Made by a program: the position numbers and the translations under genes. From Eledone cirrhosa (taxonomy: Eukaryota), in NCBI GenBank assembly GCA_964016885.1, contig OZ024740.1:252216001-252280000 (forward strand): a DNA stretch of 64,000 nt, in the 5' to 3' direction. The notes beneath the pieces were generated by a model. The model had not been told where the DNA came from. It worked only from the letters and a program-made list of their open reading frames with translations, and searched no databases. Below are positions 1 to 13,097 of the stretch, in pieces (position 1 is the stretch's first letter; every line of letters starts with the position of its first letter).

Positions 1-3000
1 AACAAAACTCAGTCCCACCCAACCCGTCCCTCAGTAAAACTACACCACCACCACAACACAAACAGTCACAACACATTACCCCAAAACAAAATACAGGCCC
101 ACCCAACCCCTCACTCAATAAAACAACACAACCACCGCAGACACAACACACAACACAGTCTAACATAGTGACATCCATCTCCCCCACAAAGAAAACCAAC
201 ACGGAAACATAACCAGCAAACATACCTCTTCCCTCCAACACTGAAGATAACCCAACGAATTCGGAGGAAGAAACGGAGTCCTTCAGACAGATTAAAAGGA
301 AAAAAAGAAAACATGTGCAAAACACACAAGGCCAAACAACCCCCACCCAAATCTCAACGCAATCCAACAAAACAGAAAACACCCCTCCAGCAACAAACAA
401 AACCAAACCTGCCTCTCCCCTCTTCGAAACACTCACACCATCCGAAAAAAAAAAACATTACACTATACTTACATCAACAGAAACAATAATAAATTAAATG
501 AACTCATAAACAATAATCCTTCGGTACAAACCGAAGGTGTAAACTTTGTTTCTTCAGAAAACTACCCACATTTAAAATTAATAAAGATCCCAATGAACCT
601 CTACCAAAAACTAAAAAAGGATTTTAAGGAGGACGTAGGACCACCCTCTGTCAAACCCATAAACCGCGTCCTACTAAAAAGCTTTCCCCCTCCCCTTCCC
701 CTCCCCAACACAACTCCAAACACCCCAACCCCACCACACACTGACGACCCCACACCACCACAAGACACCCCTTCACCCAACACCCCCGACCCCATGGAAG
801 TCGTGCGACCCGAACCCCGGGAAGCGGAAAGGTAGGTCTCTACACTCTCCTTTGGCTCTGCCGCCCACATGGATGTGTTAAGAGTAGGATGTTTGAATGC
901 ACGTGGCCTGGGCTCAACTTGGAAGCAAGCAAAGCTTCTAAATGACCTCAGGTCATGTGGCATAAATGTAATGGTTATCTGTGAGACTCGGATCAGCGTC
1001 GTGCGGCAGCTGGCCCCTACCTTCGATGACTTTGAGGTGCATGCATCTCTCTGTCAACCTGGAGGTGGGGGTGGGGTTGTCGTACTGCTGCAAAAACACC
1101 TGGGTCTTGCCGTACAGGTTGTGCACTCGGACCCGGAGGGTCGTTTGTTGGTGCTAGACGTTGGCAGTAGTGAAGGTGCGGCCTTAAGACTGGTCGCCGT
1201 CTACTCCCCTTTCGGAGCTGAACGGCCCGACTTCTTCCAGCGTTTAGAGACTTTTCTGGGAACGTTGCGTTCCCTGCTTCTAGCGGGGGATTGGAATGAC
1301 ATCCTAGATGCACGTTGGGACTATGCAGGAGCATGTCCTAATAGAGGGGGTGTAACAGCCTCAAGGGGTTACTCGACCGTTTTAACTTGGTCGATAGATA
1401 TCGTCTAGATTTTCCAACTGTGCCTACCTGGACTTGGAGAAACCACAGTGGTCAATCTAGATCGTACTTAGATAGATTCTTAGTTAGAAGTAAGGATAGG
1501 GACATATTAAGCTGTCCAGAAATGCGCACGGTTGGCTACACGGATAACAAATTAGTGACCTGCGTAGTCAATCTCGAGAAAACACATAAACAGGGTCCCG
1601 GTTACTGGAAACTTAATTTGTCTTTACCGGCAAAAGAGACTTACAGAAACCGGATTAGCAGATTAGTTAAGGAGAGGTTGACGGGTGCAATCGTCAACAA
1701 CCGATGGTGGGCATCTCTCAAAAGAGAGATTAGAACAGAATCAATAAGTTATAGCAAGATGTTATCTGCCGATAGGAATAGAAACGAGAAAGAATTAACA
1801 GGTAAATTAGAAGAGGCAATCAAGAGCGAAGATGTGGCCAGAGTGCTGGCATCGAGGACGGCCTTGAACCAGTTTTTCGATGCAAAGCACGAAGGCTGCG
1901 TCATTCGAAGTAAAATACGTGCTCTAGGTAATGAGGGGGCCAAAGCCGTTGGCTGGGCCCGCGTGACAGAAGCTAAGAGTGGAAATCGATCCACCATCCG
2001 GTCGTTGCAAGACGAAGATGGACGGGTGATCCGGGAGCCTAAGCAGATGTGCGAGGCCTTTCAAAGGCACTTTGCCCGATTGTTCGGGGGAGGCGAGGGT
2101 CCGGGCGGGGGCGTGGATTTCGGTCCATACCTCGACGGCCTGCCGCGTCTCTCGAGCGAAGAGGCAGAGTCCTGCGAGGGACCAATCTCGGCTGATGAGA
2201 TCGGAGATGCGCTGAGCCAATGCAGCAGACGCAAATCTCCAGGTCTCGATGGTATACCTTACGAACTTTATTTAGCAATGCCGGTCTTCTTCTCCGAACT
2301 CCTCGAAGCGGTCTACTGCAATTGGCAGCAGAACGGGAGAATTCCTTGTTCTGTAGCCAAGGGCGTAGTCACGCTGGTGAGGAAGGACGAGAACAAGGGA
2401 GATAGTATAAATAATTTTCGGCCCATAACCCTGCTAAACACAGAGTTAAAGATTTTGGCCAAGGTGTTAGCAAAGAGGTTGGCGCTTGTCGTGGGTGGCC
2501 TGGTGGGAGATGCGCAGACATGTGCTATCCAATCCAGGTCCATTCACGATAACCTCCACCTCATGCGATACATCATAGAGAGGGTTGGCAACAAACCCGG
2601 CTTCGGTGGGGCCCTGATCAACTTGGATCAGTCTAAGGCCTTCGATAGGGTCGACCATGGTTACCTGGATGCGGTGCTAGCGGCGGCTGGGTTCGGTCCT
2701 GTTTTCAGAGGTTGGATCACTGCCTTACATAGCAACCACATCTGCTCTAGGATCAAGGTGAACGGCTACCTTTCGAAGCCGTTCGAAATCACACAATCCA
2801 TTCGACAGGGGTGCCCTCTCTCCTCCCTTCTGTACGTATTGACTCTCGAGCCTTTACTGAGGAAGTTGGAGTTGTTGCAGGGTATCCCCCTGGAACCAGG
2901 ATTGAGCAAAGCGGTGTCGGCCTACGCCGATGACGTAACAGTAATGGTATCGACCGACTCGGAGATCGAGGCGATCGGTACCTTACTGGAGGATTACGAA

Positions 3001-4510
3001 AGGTTATCAGGAGCGAAACTGAACCGGGAAAAATCCATCGGGCTGCAACTCGGAACGTGGAGAGGCAGACCGATGCCTCCCGACGGTGTCGTCGGACACT
3101 GGACGGAGGGCCCGGTAAAGTTGCTTGGGGTCTGGTTTGGACCGGACCTCCAGGTGGAAAAGAACTGGAACGAGGTTACGAACAAGGTGTTTGCACTAAC
3201 CCAGAAATGGGCCAAATGTAAGCTGTCCCTAAAAGGCCGGGCGGAGGTGGCGAACATTTACATAGCGTCCGTCACTTACTACCGCCTGACTGTCGTGCCT
3301 TGCCCTAAGGAAACACTCACCACCATGGAACGCATGCTCTTCCAATTTCTTTGGAAGAAGCGCCCTCCTATGGTGAGAAGATCCATCTGCTGCCAACAAC
3401 CTTCGAAAGGAGGGCTGGGGATGCCGTGGTTGATGATGCGTAGGCACGCATTAAGGCTACGGCACCTACAGGTATTCCTCACTGGTCAACCGGTGTGGGC
3501 TCCGTTCGTGAAACGAGCCTTTCCGAGACTCGTCTCGCTCACCGAGCTGCAGTCCTGGGTCAAGCAAAGATCCGGAAAACTGGGAGACTGGCACACTGAG
3601 TGTGCTCAGGCGCTCAGAGATCTCTGGCAAGCGGGCCAGGCCGTCGGTGGAGAATCCACCTCATCATTCTATAGAGGGCTGGTGGCTAGCAGGGGCGATG
3701 ACACCGCTGGACATAGAAGAGGACGAACTGGCCAGCCTGTTCGGTAGGACTTTCGGCCCGGGACCAATGGACAACTTCCAGAAGTCACTAGCCTGGCAGT
3801 GCTACCGGGGGGCTCTACCCGTTCGAGAAAGGCTCTACAGACACGGGCGCCCGGGAAGGGATCCCTCAAAAAAGATTTGCCCTAGATGCGTGCGTCACGA
3901 AGAAACCGTTGCGCACGCATTGGTGCAATGTCTGGGCGTGGCTGATCTATGGGGCTACGCCGAACGACTGCTGTCGCGGGTGGCGCCGATTCAATTGACC
4001 GCCGACTCCGTGATGACAATCAAACCGCCTCCCCTCTTCACAAAGGAAGCAAAGGCGGTTTTTCTGTGCGTAATAGCCATGTTGAAAGAGGTTGTTTGGT
4101 GGACACGATTGAAAGGTCTGAGGTCAGGCAACTTCCTCTCTGGCCATAGTCTGGTCTACTTCTTCCGATATCACTTCGGAAGAAGGATAAGAATGGAGAG
4201 AGAGGTGCTTGGCCACAGGCAGTTTTATGAAAGGTGAGTGATAGTGGCGAGAATGGCTCGTGTAAATGGGCCTTCTCTGTATACCATCCTGTAGGTAAAG
4301 AAGTAAAGGAGAGGGGAACACCTTCTCCATGTGCTCCCCGGGCAAAGGATTGCACACTTTTTCGGGGGTGTGTGCAACCCCCATCACGTCCCCTCCCTTT
4401 TGAGGTTATTTTCGATTATTTTCATTTTATACCCTTTTTACTCGATTGTATGTAAACTCCCCCTTTGTATTTGTCCCTTCTTTTTATGCCTTTATGGTAA
4501 ATAAAGAAAT
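1..4510 (+). mobile_element. Tx1-like (L1 clade) non-LTR retrotransposon, copy 1 (5' end outside window, degraded)
   Basis: T/P-rich ORF1 tail to 835, then ORF2 with APE endonuclease, RT and C-terminal Cys/His motif; 3' UTR with AATAAA at ~4500 ending gaaat-atatat. Confidence 0.92.
869..4294 (+). pseudogene. ORF2 of copy 1 (APE endonuclease + reverse transcriptase + zinc knuckle), frameshifted
   Basis: LNARGL, ETR, GDWN, SYLDRF; RT NFRPITLLN, DQSKAFDRV, RQGCPLS, AYADDV; CPRC..EETVAHALVQC; split across ORFs 869, 1387 and 3602; premature TGA at 4235. Confidence 0.92.
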
Positions 4511-5425
4511 ATATATTAACCAAGTGTTTCAGTTTGTTCAATACAAATGTATATTGCATTTATGATGGATTTGGTAGGAGCCGGGCCATTCAATTCTCTG
4601 TAGATGGCGTAAAGATATCTCTACATAAGTGACATAGCTTTATCTCAGATGGCGTTGTGTTCGCTCTGTTAATTTGAATTCTGAAACTATTAAGTAATGC
4701 CGAAATTAACTTAGCAGATTCAGTAAAAACCTACCAGTGAGGCACCGCCCAGACTTGAGTGTAGTGACTTGAGTGTAGTGACTGTCTCTTCCTCTCTTTG
4801 CCTTTCTGTTGAAGCTTGATCCTTCTTTCTTTTTCCCCTTTTCATTTCCCTTTGTCTTCTTTATTCTCTTCAGTAGTTCCCTTTAGTAGTGTGTTTTGTT
4901 TTTATTAGATACTGCTCAATTATTTTTTATTTAAGGTCAATGACCTTTCATGACATTCTGAGATTTTGTATATTGAATAAATTGTAGTTGTATTAAAAAA
5001 AAAAACCTTAAGTCTTAATAAGTAGGAAAGATGACAGGACTCTGATAACTGGGAAATGGCCCTATTTGATATGTCTAGAAAGTGGTGGTATAGAAACTAC
5101 ATAAGATGAACACAGTGTAATCTATGGATGCACAAAAGATGTAAGTGGCTTACAGGCAAATTAACAGGGAGGATAAACTTTGTACTTTATAGGGCAGATG
5201 TAAAAGAGAAATAAGTATGAAAGACAAAGTTAACTTCAACGAAATTTACGCCCAAAACGTAAAAGGCTGTGACTATATGCCGCAAAGACTGTTGTCAGAC
5301 GCTCAACCGATGCCCTATCCCACAGTAGCGGCAAAATTTAACTTGATGATGACATTAAAGCTGACGAAATTGAGACTGACGATGACGAGATTGAGGTTGA
5401 CGTTAACGAGGGTGCAGTTAATAAT

Positions 5426-5723
5426 TGTTTCTATTTTTGGCACAAGGTCAGCAATTATCGACCCCGTAAGGATGAAAGGCAAAGTTAACCTCAGCAGGAT
5501 TTGAACTCAGACCGTAAAGGGCCGTAACTCTATGCTGCAAAGCATGGCATCCGACCCTCTACTGATACTGCCAATCCCCCGCCCGAAGGTGCAGTTAATA
5601 ATTGTTTCTACTTTTGGCACAAGGCCAGCAATTACCAAGTGTATTACTGGTACTTTATTTTATCGACCCCGTAAGGATGAAAGGCAAAGTTAACCTCGGC
5701 GGAATTTGAACTCAGAATGTTCA
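5426..5723 (-). mobile_element. Two tandem tRNA-derived SINE copies
   Basis: Reverse complement of the SINE at 40048; ggtgcagttaataat present at 5411, 5588 and 5724 as target duplications. Confidence 0.85.
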
Positions 5724-6159
5724 GGTGCAGTTAATAATGACGATATTAAAGGAGGAAACTTGTAATACTTTAGTGTTCCTATCGTACATACTGTTATTGC
5801 TTCCATCACCCATAATAATATTGTTTTCATCGTCCATAATGTTATAGTTTCCATCATTCATAATATACATAGATAAGTTACACATCGATTTTACATCCAA
5901 TATTTTTAATGTACAGGATATTTTAAACTGAGGTTATGTAGGTCCAACAGATAAGATGTATGCTGGTATTTCACCTCATATTTCCCAGCAAAAAAGTGGG
6001 ACTTATACAAATATATAGATGGTGCAGAGGCGGGCGTAGGTACTTTCGCGCCTTAGGTTAGCTCTACTATGTGTGTTTCCTTCTCCCAGTTATGCACCCT
6101 ATTCCTATTCTACCAAATAAAATAATTTCAGCTTACATCTCATATTATTCAACATTATA

Positions 6160-6270
6160 GTCCCTGCCGAGGTTAACTTTACATTTCATCCTTACGGGGG
6201 CGATAAAATAAAGTACCAGTAATGCACTGGAATAATTGTTGGCCTTGTGCCAAAAATAGAAAGAATTATT
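6160..6270 (+). mobile_element. SINE 3' fragment
   Basis: gccgaggttaacttt..tttcatccttacgggg..gataaaataaagtaccag..ggccttgtgcc. Confidence 0.8.
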
Positions 6271-6995
6271 TTATTTCAAAATACTCAAATATATTTCTAG
6301 GATAAAATTACATAAAAATAATAAAGAATTTAATATTTAGTCAAACGTATAGAAAAAGAAAGTAATATTAGAAAGTACTATAAAGGCTATAAATGAGAGG
6401 AAACGGAGGGAAAGAGCAAATATTATTAGGCAACGAAAGAAAGGAAGAAGGGGAGAGAGTGACGGACTCTATACCTAGGTCAGAGCGGTGTTTCAAATGC
6501 GCCCCGCGGACAAAATGGCAAAGGTGTTTCCACGGACAATAGCCAGTGACACCCGCCCCAACAGTCATCCCGACCCGCAGAGCTCCTTGCTCAGACAGGC
6601 TGGTGTAATTCTAACCACACAAAGAAAATTACAAAGAAAATTACAAAGAATTTAATTTTCACTAGACAATCTACACTTACCCCCGCCAAATCATGTTTAG
6701 ATATTGCAGCAACGCTGCTACACGAAATACATGTTTAACAATTAATTTATTAATCACAGGAATTAATTATATGTTTATATTTCGTAAAATTGTAGGAATC
6801 TCGAACAGAGAAATAACTGTAAAACAGCCGACTACTACGGTGATCATAGCAAAGAGTCGGGTTAAACAAAACTTCTTAATGATCATCATAAGAGCTGCCT
6901 GTTTTACAGCTATTTCTGCGTTTGATATTCCTCCAATTTTACGAAATATTTACTCACACAACGCTCCAAATAATTTCATATCCTGTAGATTATAT

Positions 6996-7352
6996 CTTCT
7001 TCTTCGGCCGAGTTTACACTGGAAAAGATTCAGCATGCCTTCTCCAATCGTCCCGGTTGAGCATGACATTTCTCAGTTCATCGATGTTATCAATGTTGGC
7101 ATCTCTCAGCAGGGTATCAATGAATGAGACGGCCTGTCTTCCCACGCCTCTTCGTACGACAGCCAGTTTCCAGAGCACAAGGTGTGTAAACCGCAAAATC
7201 AAGGAACGTCTCTTCCTAGCAACTGTTGAGTCGGTCCTGTTTTACGGCAGTGAAACGTGGACTATTGACAAAGTGCTATGCAAGAGACTTGACGGATGTT
7301 ACACGAGGATGTTGAGAATGGCTCTCAATATTTCTTGGAAACAGAAGCTGAC
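6996..7352. mobile_element. RTE-clade LINE 3' fragment with internal inversion
   Basis: + strand VESVLFYGSETWT..LDGCYTRMLR; - strand C-terminus (..MLNRDDWRR) with gaagaagaag tail; agattatat on both flanks. Confidence 0.8.
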
Positions 7353-7494
7353 AGATTATATGTTTAATCTAATTGTACACATTTGTATAAAACTCTGATC
7401 CGTCAAGGTTCAGTAATGCATCATTCTGAGCGGTTTACACCTTAGGTGGCAGCCTAGTTGGTCTTAATGGTAGCACCGGCCCTGATACGTTATA

Positions 7495-7994
7495 TCTATA
7501 TATCTAAAACAGAGAATGTTTGTCTGTCTGACTCCGTAAAACTCGAGAACCACCCAACCGATATTTTTCAAACTTTACACATGTAATACTTATGGTCATG
7601 TAAGTGTTTTGAACAAAAAATATTTCAAATTTTCAATGCCCTAGGGACCGCATTAGGCGCCGGTTAGCGATCTCTCTCTTTCTTTCTTAGTCTGTCTTTT
7701 TAGATAGATACATAGCTATAACGTCACACCTTTATAATATCTGTCTGTATGTCTGGCTGTCAGCATTACGACATTATGACAAATATTGTTCTCATTGCTG
7801 ACGTATTATCTTCGGTATTTTCCGTTCATTGCCAAGGAACGTCTTCACGAACCAAAGTATCGTCCTCCTGTTTCCCTTCGGTTGCAACGTTTTTCGAAAT
7901 ATTTACTTCTGCGTTCACAGATTGATTTTTTTAATTTCAGAAGATCCCGTTAAGGGTGAAAGCAACGATTCTTTGCTTAAACTTTAATCTGTTA

Positions 7995-8077
<83 letters not shown>

Positions 8078-8442
8078 ATTTACATATACATAAAGTCACA
8101 GATATATATGTGGCAACCGGTCACGTTGTGGCTCAATGAAGAATTAATAAATTAAATAATCAGAGCAATATATCATAAATCATGTCCTTAGAATTATTAG
8201 ATAAAATATATACCATTTCCTCTCCCAATTAGCATAATTAACCATATAAAAAAATCAATTAGACCAGGCTATAAGAATAAAGGCTCCTATGAAGAAATAT
8301 TTGATAAATAACCGAAAGCACAAAATGTAGACAACATCCCCAGGCCGGGGTATTTCGTACTTCTCTGTACTGTTTCAGAAAGGAGGGATAAACATGCCAA
8401 TCTATGTTTAGAATCCCGAGCAACGCCGGGCCATTCTGCTAG
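7495..8442 (+). mobile_element. Non-autonomous Helitron
   Basis: Starts a|TCtatatatctaaaa with gtctgtctg tract; ends with cccgagcaacgccggg hairpin (8415-8430) and CTAG|t at 8439-8442; A/T insertion site, no TSD. Confidence 0.75.
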
Positions 8443-8539
8443 TCTCTATAAATTTCTGCGATTCTGTCACAACACGTAAAGAGAGAGTAGTTGACTACCT
8501 CATACTACTCCTCTCTCTTTACGTCTGCTGCCGGCTTGA

Positions 8540-10245
8540 ATGTATGTGTGTGTAAAAGGAAGGAAGGGGGTGGTGAAACGATATGCGTGTGTGTTTGTGT
8601 GAATGTATGTCTGTGTGTGTTTGTGTTAGTATATATGTGTGAGTGTATGTGTGTTTGAGTGTATGTGTGTTTGCGTGTTTATATTTATATATACATACAT
8701 AACTCATACATAGAACGCTGCGCATGTAATAATTATGATGTATATGTGTTTATTGTGAATGTATGTGTGTGTTTGTATGTCTGTGAGTGTGTATTTTTGT
8801 ATGTGTGTCTGTGTTTGCGCGTGTATATCTATATACTCATACATATAAATGTATGCATATGTACATTACACACACGCACACACATACACACACATATACA
8901 CACACGCACACACATACACACACACACACGCACACACATACACACACACGCGCACACACATACGCACACACACACACATACACATGCACACACGTACACA
9001 CATATACGCATATGCGTCACCGATTGGAAAACAATTCTAGTATGTAAATAACACCCTTATTCCTCCAAACAGTCGACAAACATTCAGCAAACACCCTAAA
9101 CCGAACGCCAACCTTTACACATGACTCCTGCCAACCAAATCCGTATACACCCTCAAAATTATTTCCTTTGTCCATTTTAACTTGTTGTTTTCATCATCCA
9201 TTATATAATTGTTTCGATTTGGTAATTTTCTATGAAAAGCCAAATTCCTAAGCATGATTACTTTTATAACATGTTCACAATGTTACAAAACAAAGCATAC
9301 TTATTGAAATCCCCGTTTCTAAACCTCAAATCGTCTTACTTCACGCTTATATCATAATCGATTAACAATCACAAATTTTAAGATTTATACAACATTTCTT
9401 AACTGAACCCTCAATTAAGCTTCTATGTATGTATGTATGTATGTATGTATGTATGTATGTATGTATGTATGTATGTATGTATGTATGTATGTATGTATGT
9501 ATGTATGTATGTATGTATGAATATACGTATGTATGTGTGTACATACATGCGTATGTGTGTATGTAATATAATTGTTTCTACTTTAGGCACAAGGCCAGCA
9601 ATTATCCAGTACATTACTGGTGTTATGTATGCATATATATATATACATATATTTATACATATACATACGTGCCTATGTGTGTATGTATGTATGTATATAT
9701 GTATGTATGAATATACGTATGTATGTGTGTATGTATGTAGTATAATGTTATGTATGTATATATATATATAGTATATACATATATTTATACATGTACATAC
9801 GTGCGTATGCGTGTATGTATGTATATAATGTAATGTTATATATGTATGTATATATGTATACATCTACACACGTGCGTATGTGTGTAAGCATGTATTCATG
9901 TACATACGTACGTGTGTGTATGTATGTATGTATATATATATATGTAATGTAATGTTATGTATGTGCGTATATATTTATACATGTGCATACGTGCGTATGT
10001 GTTGATGTATGTATATATATATATATGTATATATATGTATATATATGTATGTATGTAATGTAATGTTATGTATGTGCGTATATATTTATACATGTGCATA
10101 CGTGCGTATGTGTGTATGTATGTGTATGTACATACGTACGTGCGTGTATGTATGAATGAATGTATGTATGTGTATATGTATATATGTATGTATGTATATA
10201 TACATGTATATATGTATATATGTATGTATGTATATACATACATGC

Positions 10246-10278
<33 letters not shown>

Positions 10279-10800
10279 TGTATGTATGTATGTATATATA
10301 CATGTATATATGTATGTATGTATGTATATATACATGTATATATGTATATATGTATATATACATGTATATATGTATATATGTATATATGTATATATACATG
10401 TATATATGTATATATGTATATATGTATATATACATGCATATATGTATATATGTATATATGTATGTATATATACATGTATATATGTATATATGTATATATG
10501 TATATATGTATGTATGTATATATACATGTATATATGTATATATACATGTATATATGTATATATGTATATATGTATGTATATATACATGTATATATGTATA
10601 TATGTATATATGTATATATGTATATATATATATATGTATATATGTATATATGTATGTATATATACATATATGTATGTATATATGTATATATGTATATATG
10701 TATATATGTATATATGTATATATGTATGTATATATATATATATGTATATATGTATATATGTATGTATATATACATATATGTATGTATATATGTATGTATG
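8540..10800. repeat. Compound microsatellite region (TG/CA, TATG, TATATG)
   Basis: (TATG)n 9424-9518; long TATATG/TACATG array ~9860-10800; CA-rich 8870-9010. Confidence 0.95.
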
Positions 10801-11079
10801 TGTTGAAGGAGATGTGCTGGATTAGTATGAAAAGCAATAATCTTTATCGATAGGTTAAATATGTAAAGTGGTTTCATATGTTGCAACTCAACTGAATTTC
10901 CGGAGAGTTCACAACTATTAAGGGCCACCACAGCCGTCTTTCCTCATCGATGATAATCTCCTAATCAATGGAGGAATAAATCAATTGAATTGAAACAAAA
11001 AGAACATTAACAACAAAGATAACAAGAACAGAGACGTCGACGACGACGACGACGTCAAGAGCAGGAACAACATTAACAA

Positions 11080-11359
11080 CTATAGTTACAACAACAACAA
11101 CAACAACAACAACTACAACAACTACAACAACTACACCACCACCACCACCACCACCACACCATCACTACCACCACACCACCATCACCATCTCCACCACCAC
11201 TACCACCAACACCACCACTACACCACCACCACCACCACAACCACCACCACCACACCACCACCACCACACCACCACCACCACTACCACCACACCACCACCA
11301 CACCACCACCACCACCACCATACCACCACCACCACCACCACACCGCCACCAAGAGCAGG

Positions 11360-11393
<34 letters not shown>

Positions 11394-11471
11394 GGAGCAG
11401 GAACAACAACAACAACAGCAGCAGGAACAACAACAACAACAACAACAACAACAGGAACAACAAACAACAGG

Positions 11472-11505
<34 letters not shown>

Positions 11506-11630
11506 CCAGGAGCAGGAACAACAATAACAGCAGCAGGAACAACAACAATGAAAACAACAACAACAACAGGAGCAGGAACAACAACAGCAGCAGGAACAAC
11601 AACAATAAGCATAACAGCAGCAACATTAAC
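11080..11630. repeat. (ACA)n/(ACC)n/acaggagcagga trinucleotide-type low-complexity tract
   Basis: Directly visible. Confidence 0.95.
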
Positions 11631-11677
11631 AAGATCTACTACATACGGGGGGTAACTAAGGATGGTGGGGATTCTAT

Positions 11678-12070
11678 ATAATTGTTTCTACGTTAGGCAC
11701 AAGGCCAGCAATTACCCAGTGCATTACTGGTACTTTATTTTATCGACCCCGTAAGGATGAAAGGCAAAGTCAACCTCGGTGGGATTTGAACTCAGATGGT
11801 AAAGGGACGTAACTATGCTGGAAAGCATGGCGTCAGACCCTCTACCATACTGCAAATGTTTTTACTTTTGGTCCAAGGCCAGCAATTTGAAGCGGCGGAG
11901 GAACATTGATTAAATCGAACCCAGTATGTTATTGGTGCTTATTTTATCGACTTCCAAACGGATGAAAGGCAAAGTTAACCTTGGTGGGATTTGAACTCAG
12001 AACATAAAATGCCGCAACTCTATGCTGTAAAGCTCTACTGTTATTGTCCGACATTCTATCGTTACTGCCG
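11678..12070 (-). mobile_element. Two adjacent tRNA-derived SINE copies
   Basis: Two runs of aaggccagcaat..tttatcgac..gatgaaaggcaaagt..gggatttgaactcaga. Confidence 0.82.
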
Positions 12071-12073
12071 CTG

Positions 12074-12392
12074 TACGAGGGTCGGCTGAAAAGTTAATTG
12101 GTTGAAAAGTTCAGAGACTGACCAAGATACTTTCATGGAATGGCCGAATGAGGTTTATTTTTCAACATAATTGTTTCTACTTTTGGCACAAGGCCAGCAA
12201 TTATACCAGTGTATTACTGGTACTTTATGTTATCGACCCCGTAAGGATGAAAGGCAAAGTTAACCTCGGTTTATTTTTCAACATAATCCCTGGAAAGAAA
12301 CATTGAAGTTATTAATAAGAAGAGTAGAAATTAATGCATTCAAGATTTCACAGCTCATAGTTAGCCTATGAAGTTTTCAGCCTACCTTCCTA
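12074..12392. mobile_element. Tc1/mariner-type MITE with a truncated SINE nested inside (12172-12268)
   Basis: TA|cgagggtcggctgaaaagtt ... aagttttcagcctaccttcc|TA imperfect TIRs; nested SINE flanked by ggtttatttttcaacataat (12152, 12268). Confidence 0.7.
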
Positions 12393-12396
12393 TAAT

Positions 12397-12591
12397 GATT
12401 TCTAGTATAGGCACAAGGCCAGTAATTCGAGGGTAGGGCAAAGTTGATTAAATCGACTGGTGCTTTATTTTATCGATCCCGTAAGGATAAAAGGCAAAGT
12501 TAACCTCAGCGGGATTTGAACTCAGACCGCAAAAGACCGGCTGCAAAGCATGGTGTCCGACTCTCTACCGATACTGCCAATCCACCGCCCT
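12397..12591 (-). mobile_element. Full-length tRNA-derived SINE
   Basis: Family match; 15-bp TSD ctaccttcctataat at 12382 and 12593. Confidence 0.88.
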
Positions 12592-12886
12592 TCTACCTTC
12601 CTATAATCAAAGTGTTTTGTTAGGTTGCAGTGCTGATCAAAATCTTCCTTTGTGGCTTTATAGAAATGTTTTCACTGTCTCTTTGCTCCCCCCACCACCG
12701 ATATCATGGATTAGTTATAATCAAATTGAATAGATTAAAACAACAGGAATACTGCCATCATCACCAGCAGTAACAGTAACAACAACAATAACGACAACGC
12801 CAACAACAACAAAAACATATATATATATATACAGTATATATATATATATATGTAGCTACGAGTTTGAATGGCTGAATAATAAAATA

Positions 12887-12954
<68 letters not shown>

Positions 12955-13041
12955 GTAGATATACTAATTCTTTATATATATATATAGACATGTTTTATGA
13001 TATATAGCTCTGATTATTTAATTTATTAACTCTTCATTGAG

Positions 13042-13097
<56 letters not shown>

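Noticed and set aside
1017-4387. Antisense and alternate-frame ORFs inside the LINE ORF2s
   Set aside because: Shadow ORFs of GC-rich RT coding sequence; recurrence follows from ORF2 homology
8519-11632. Long ORFs of YI/HT/CV/poly-V/poly-C composition (also near 14.5, 18, 21, 43.5, 57.6, 60 and 63 kb)
   Set aside because: Translations of microsatellites that lack stop codons; no coding signal
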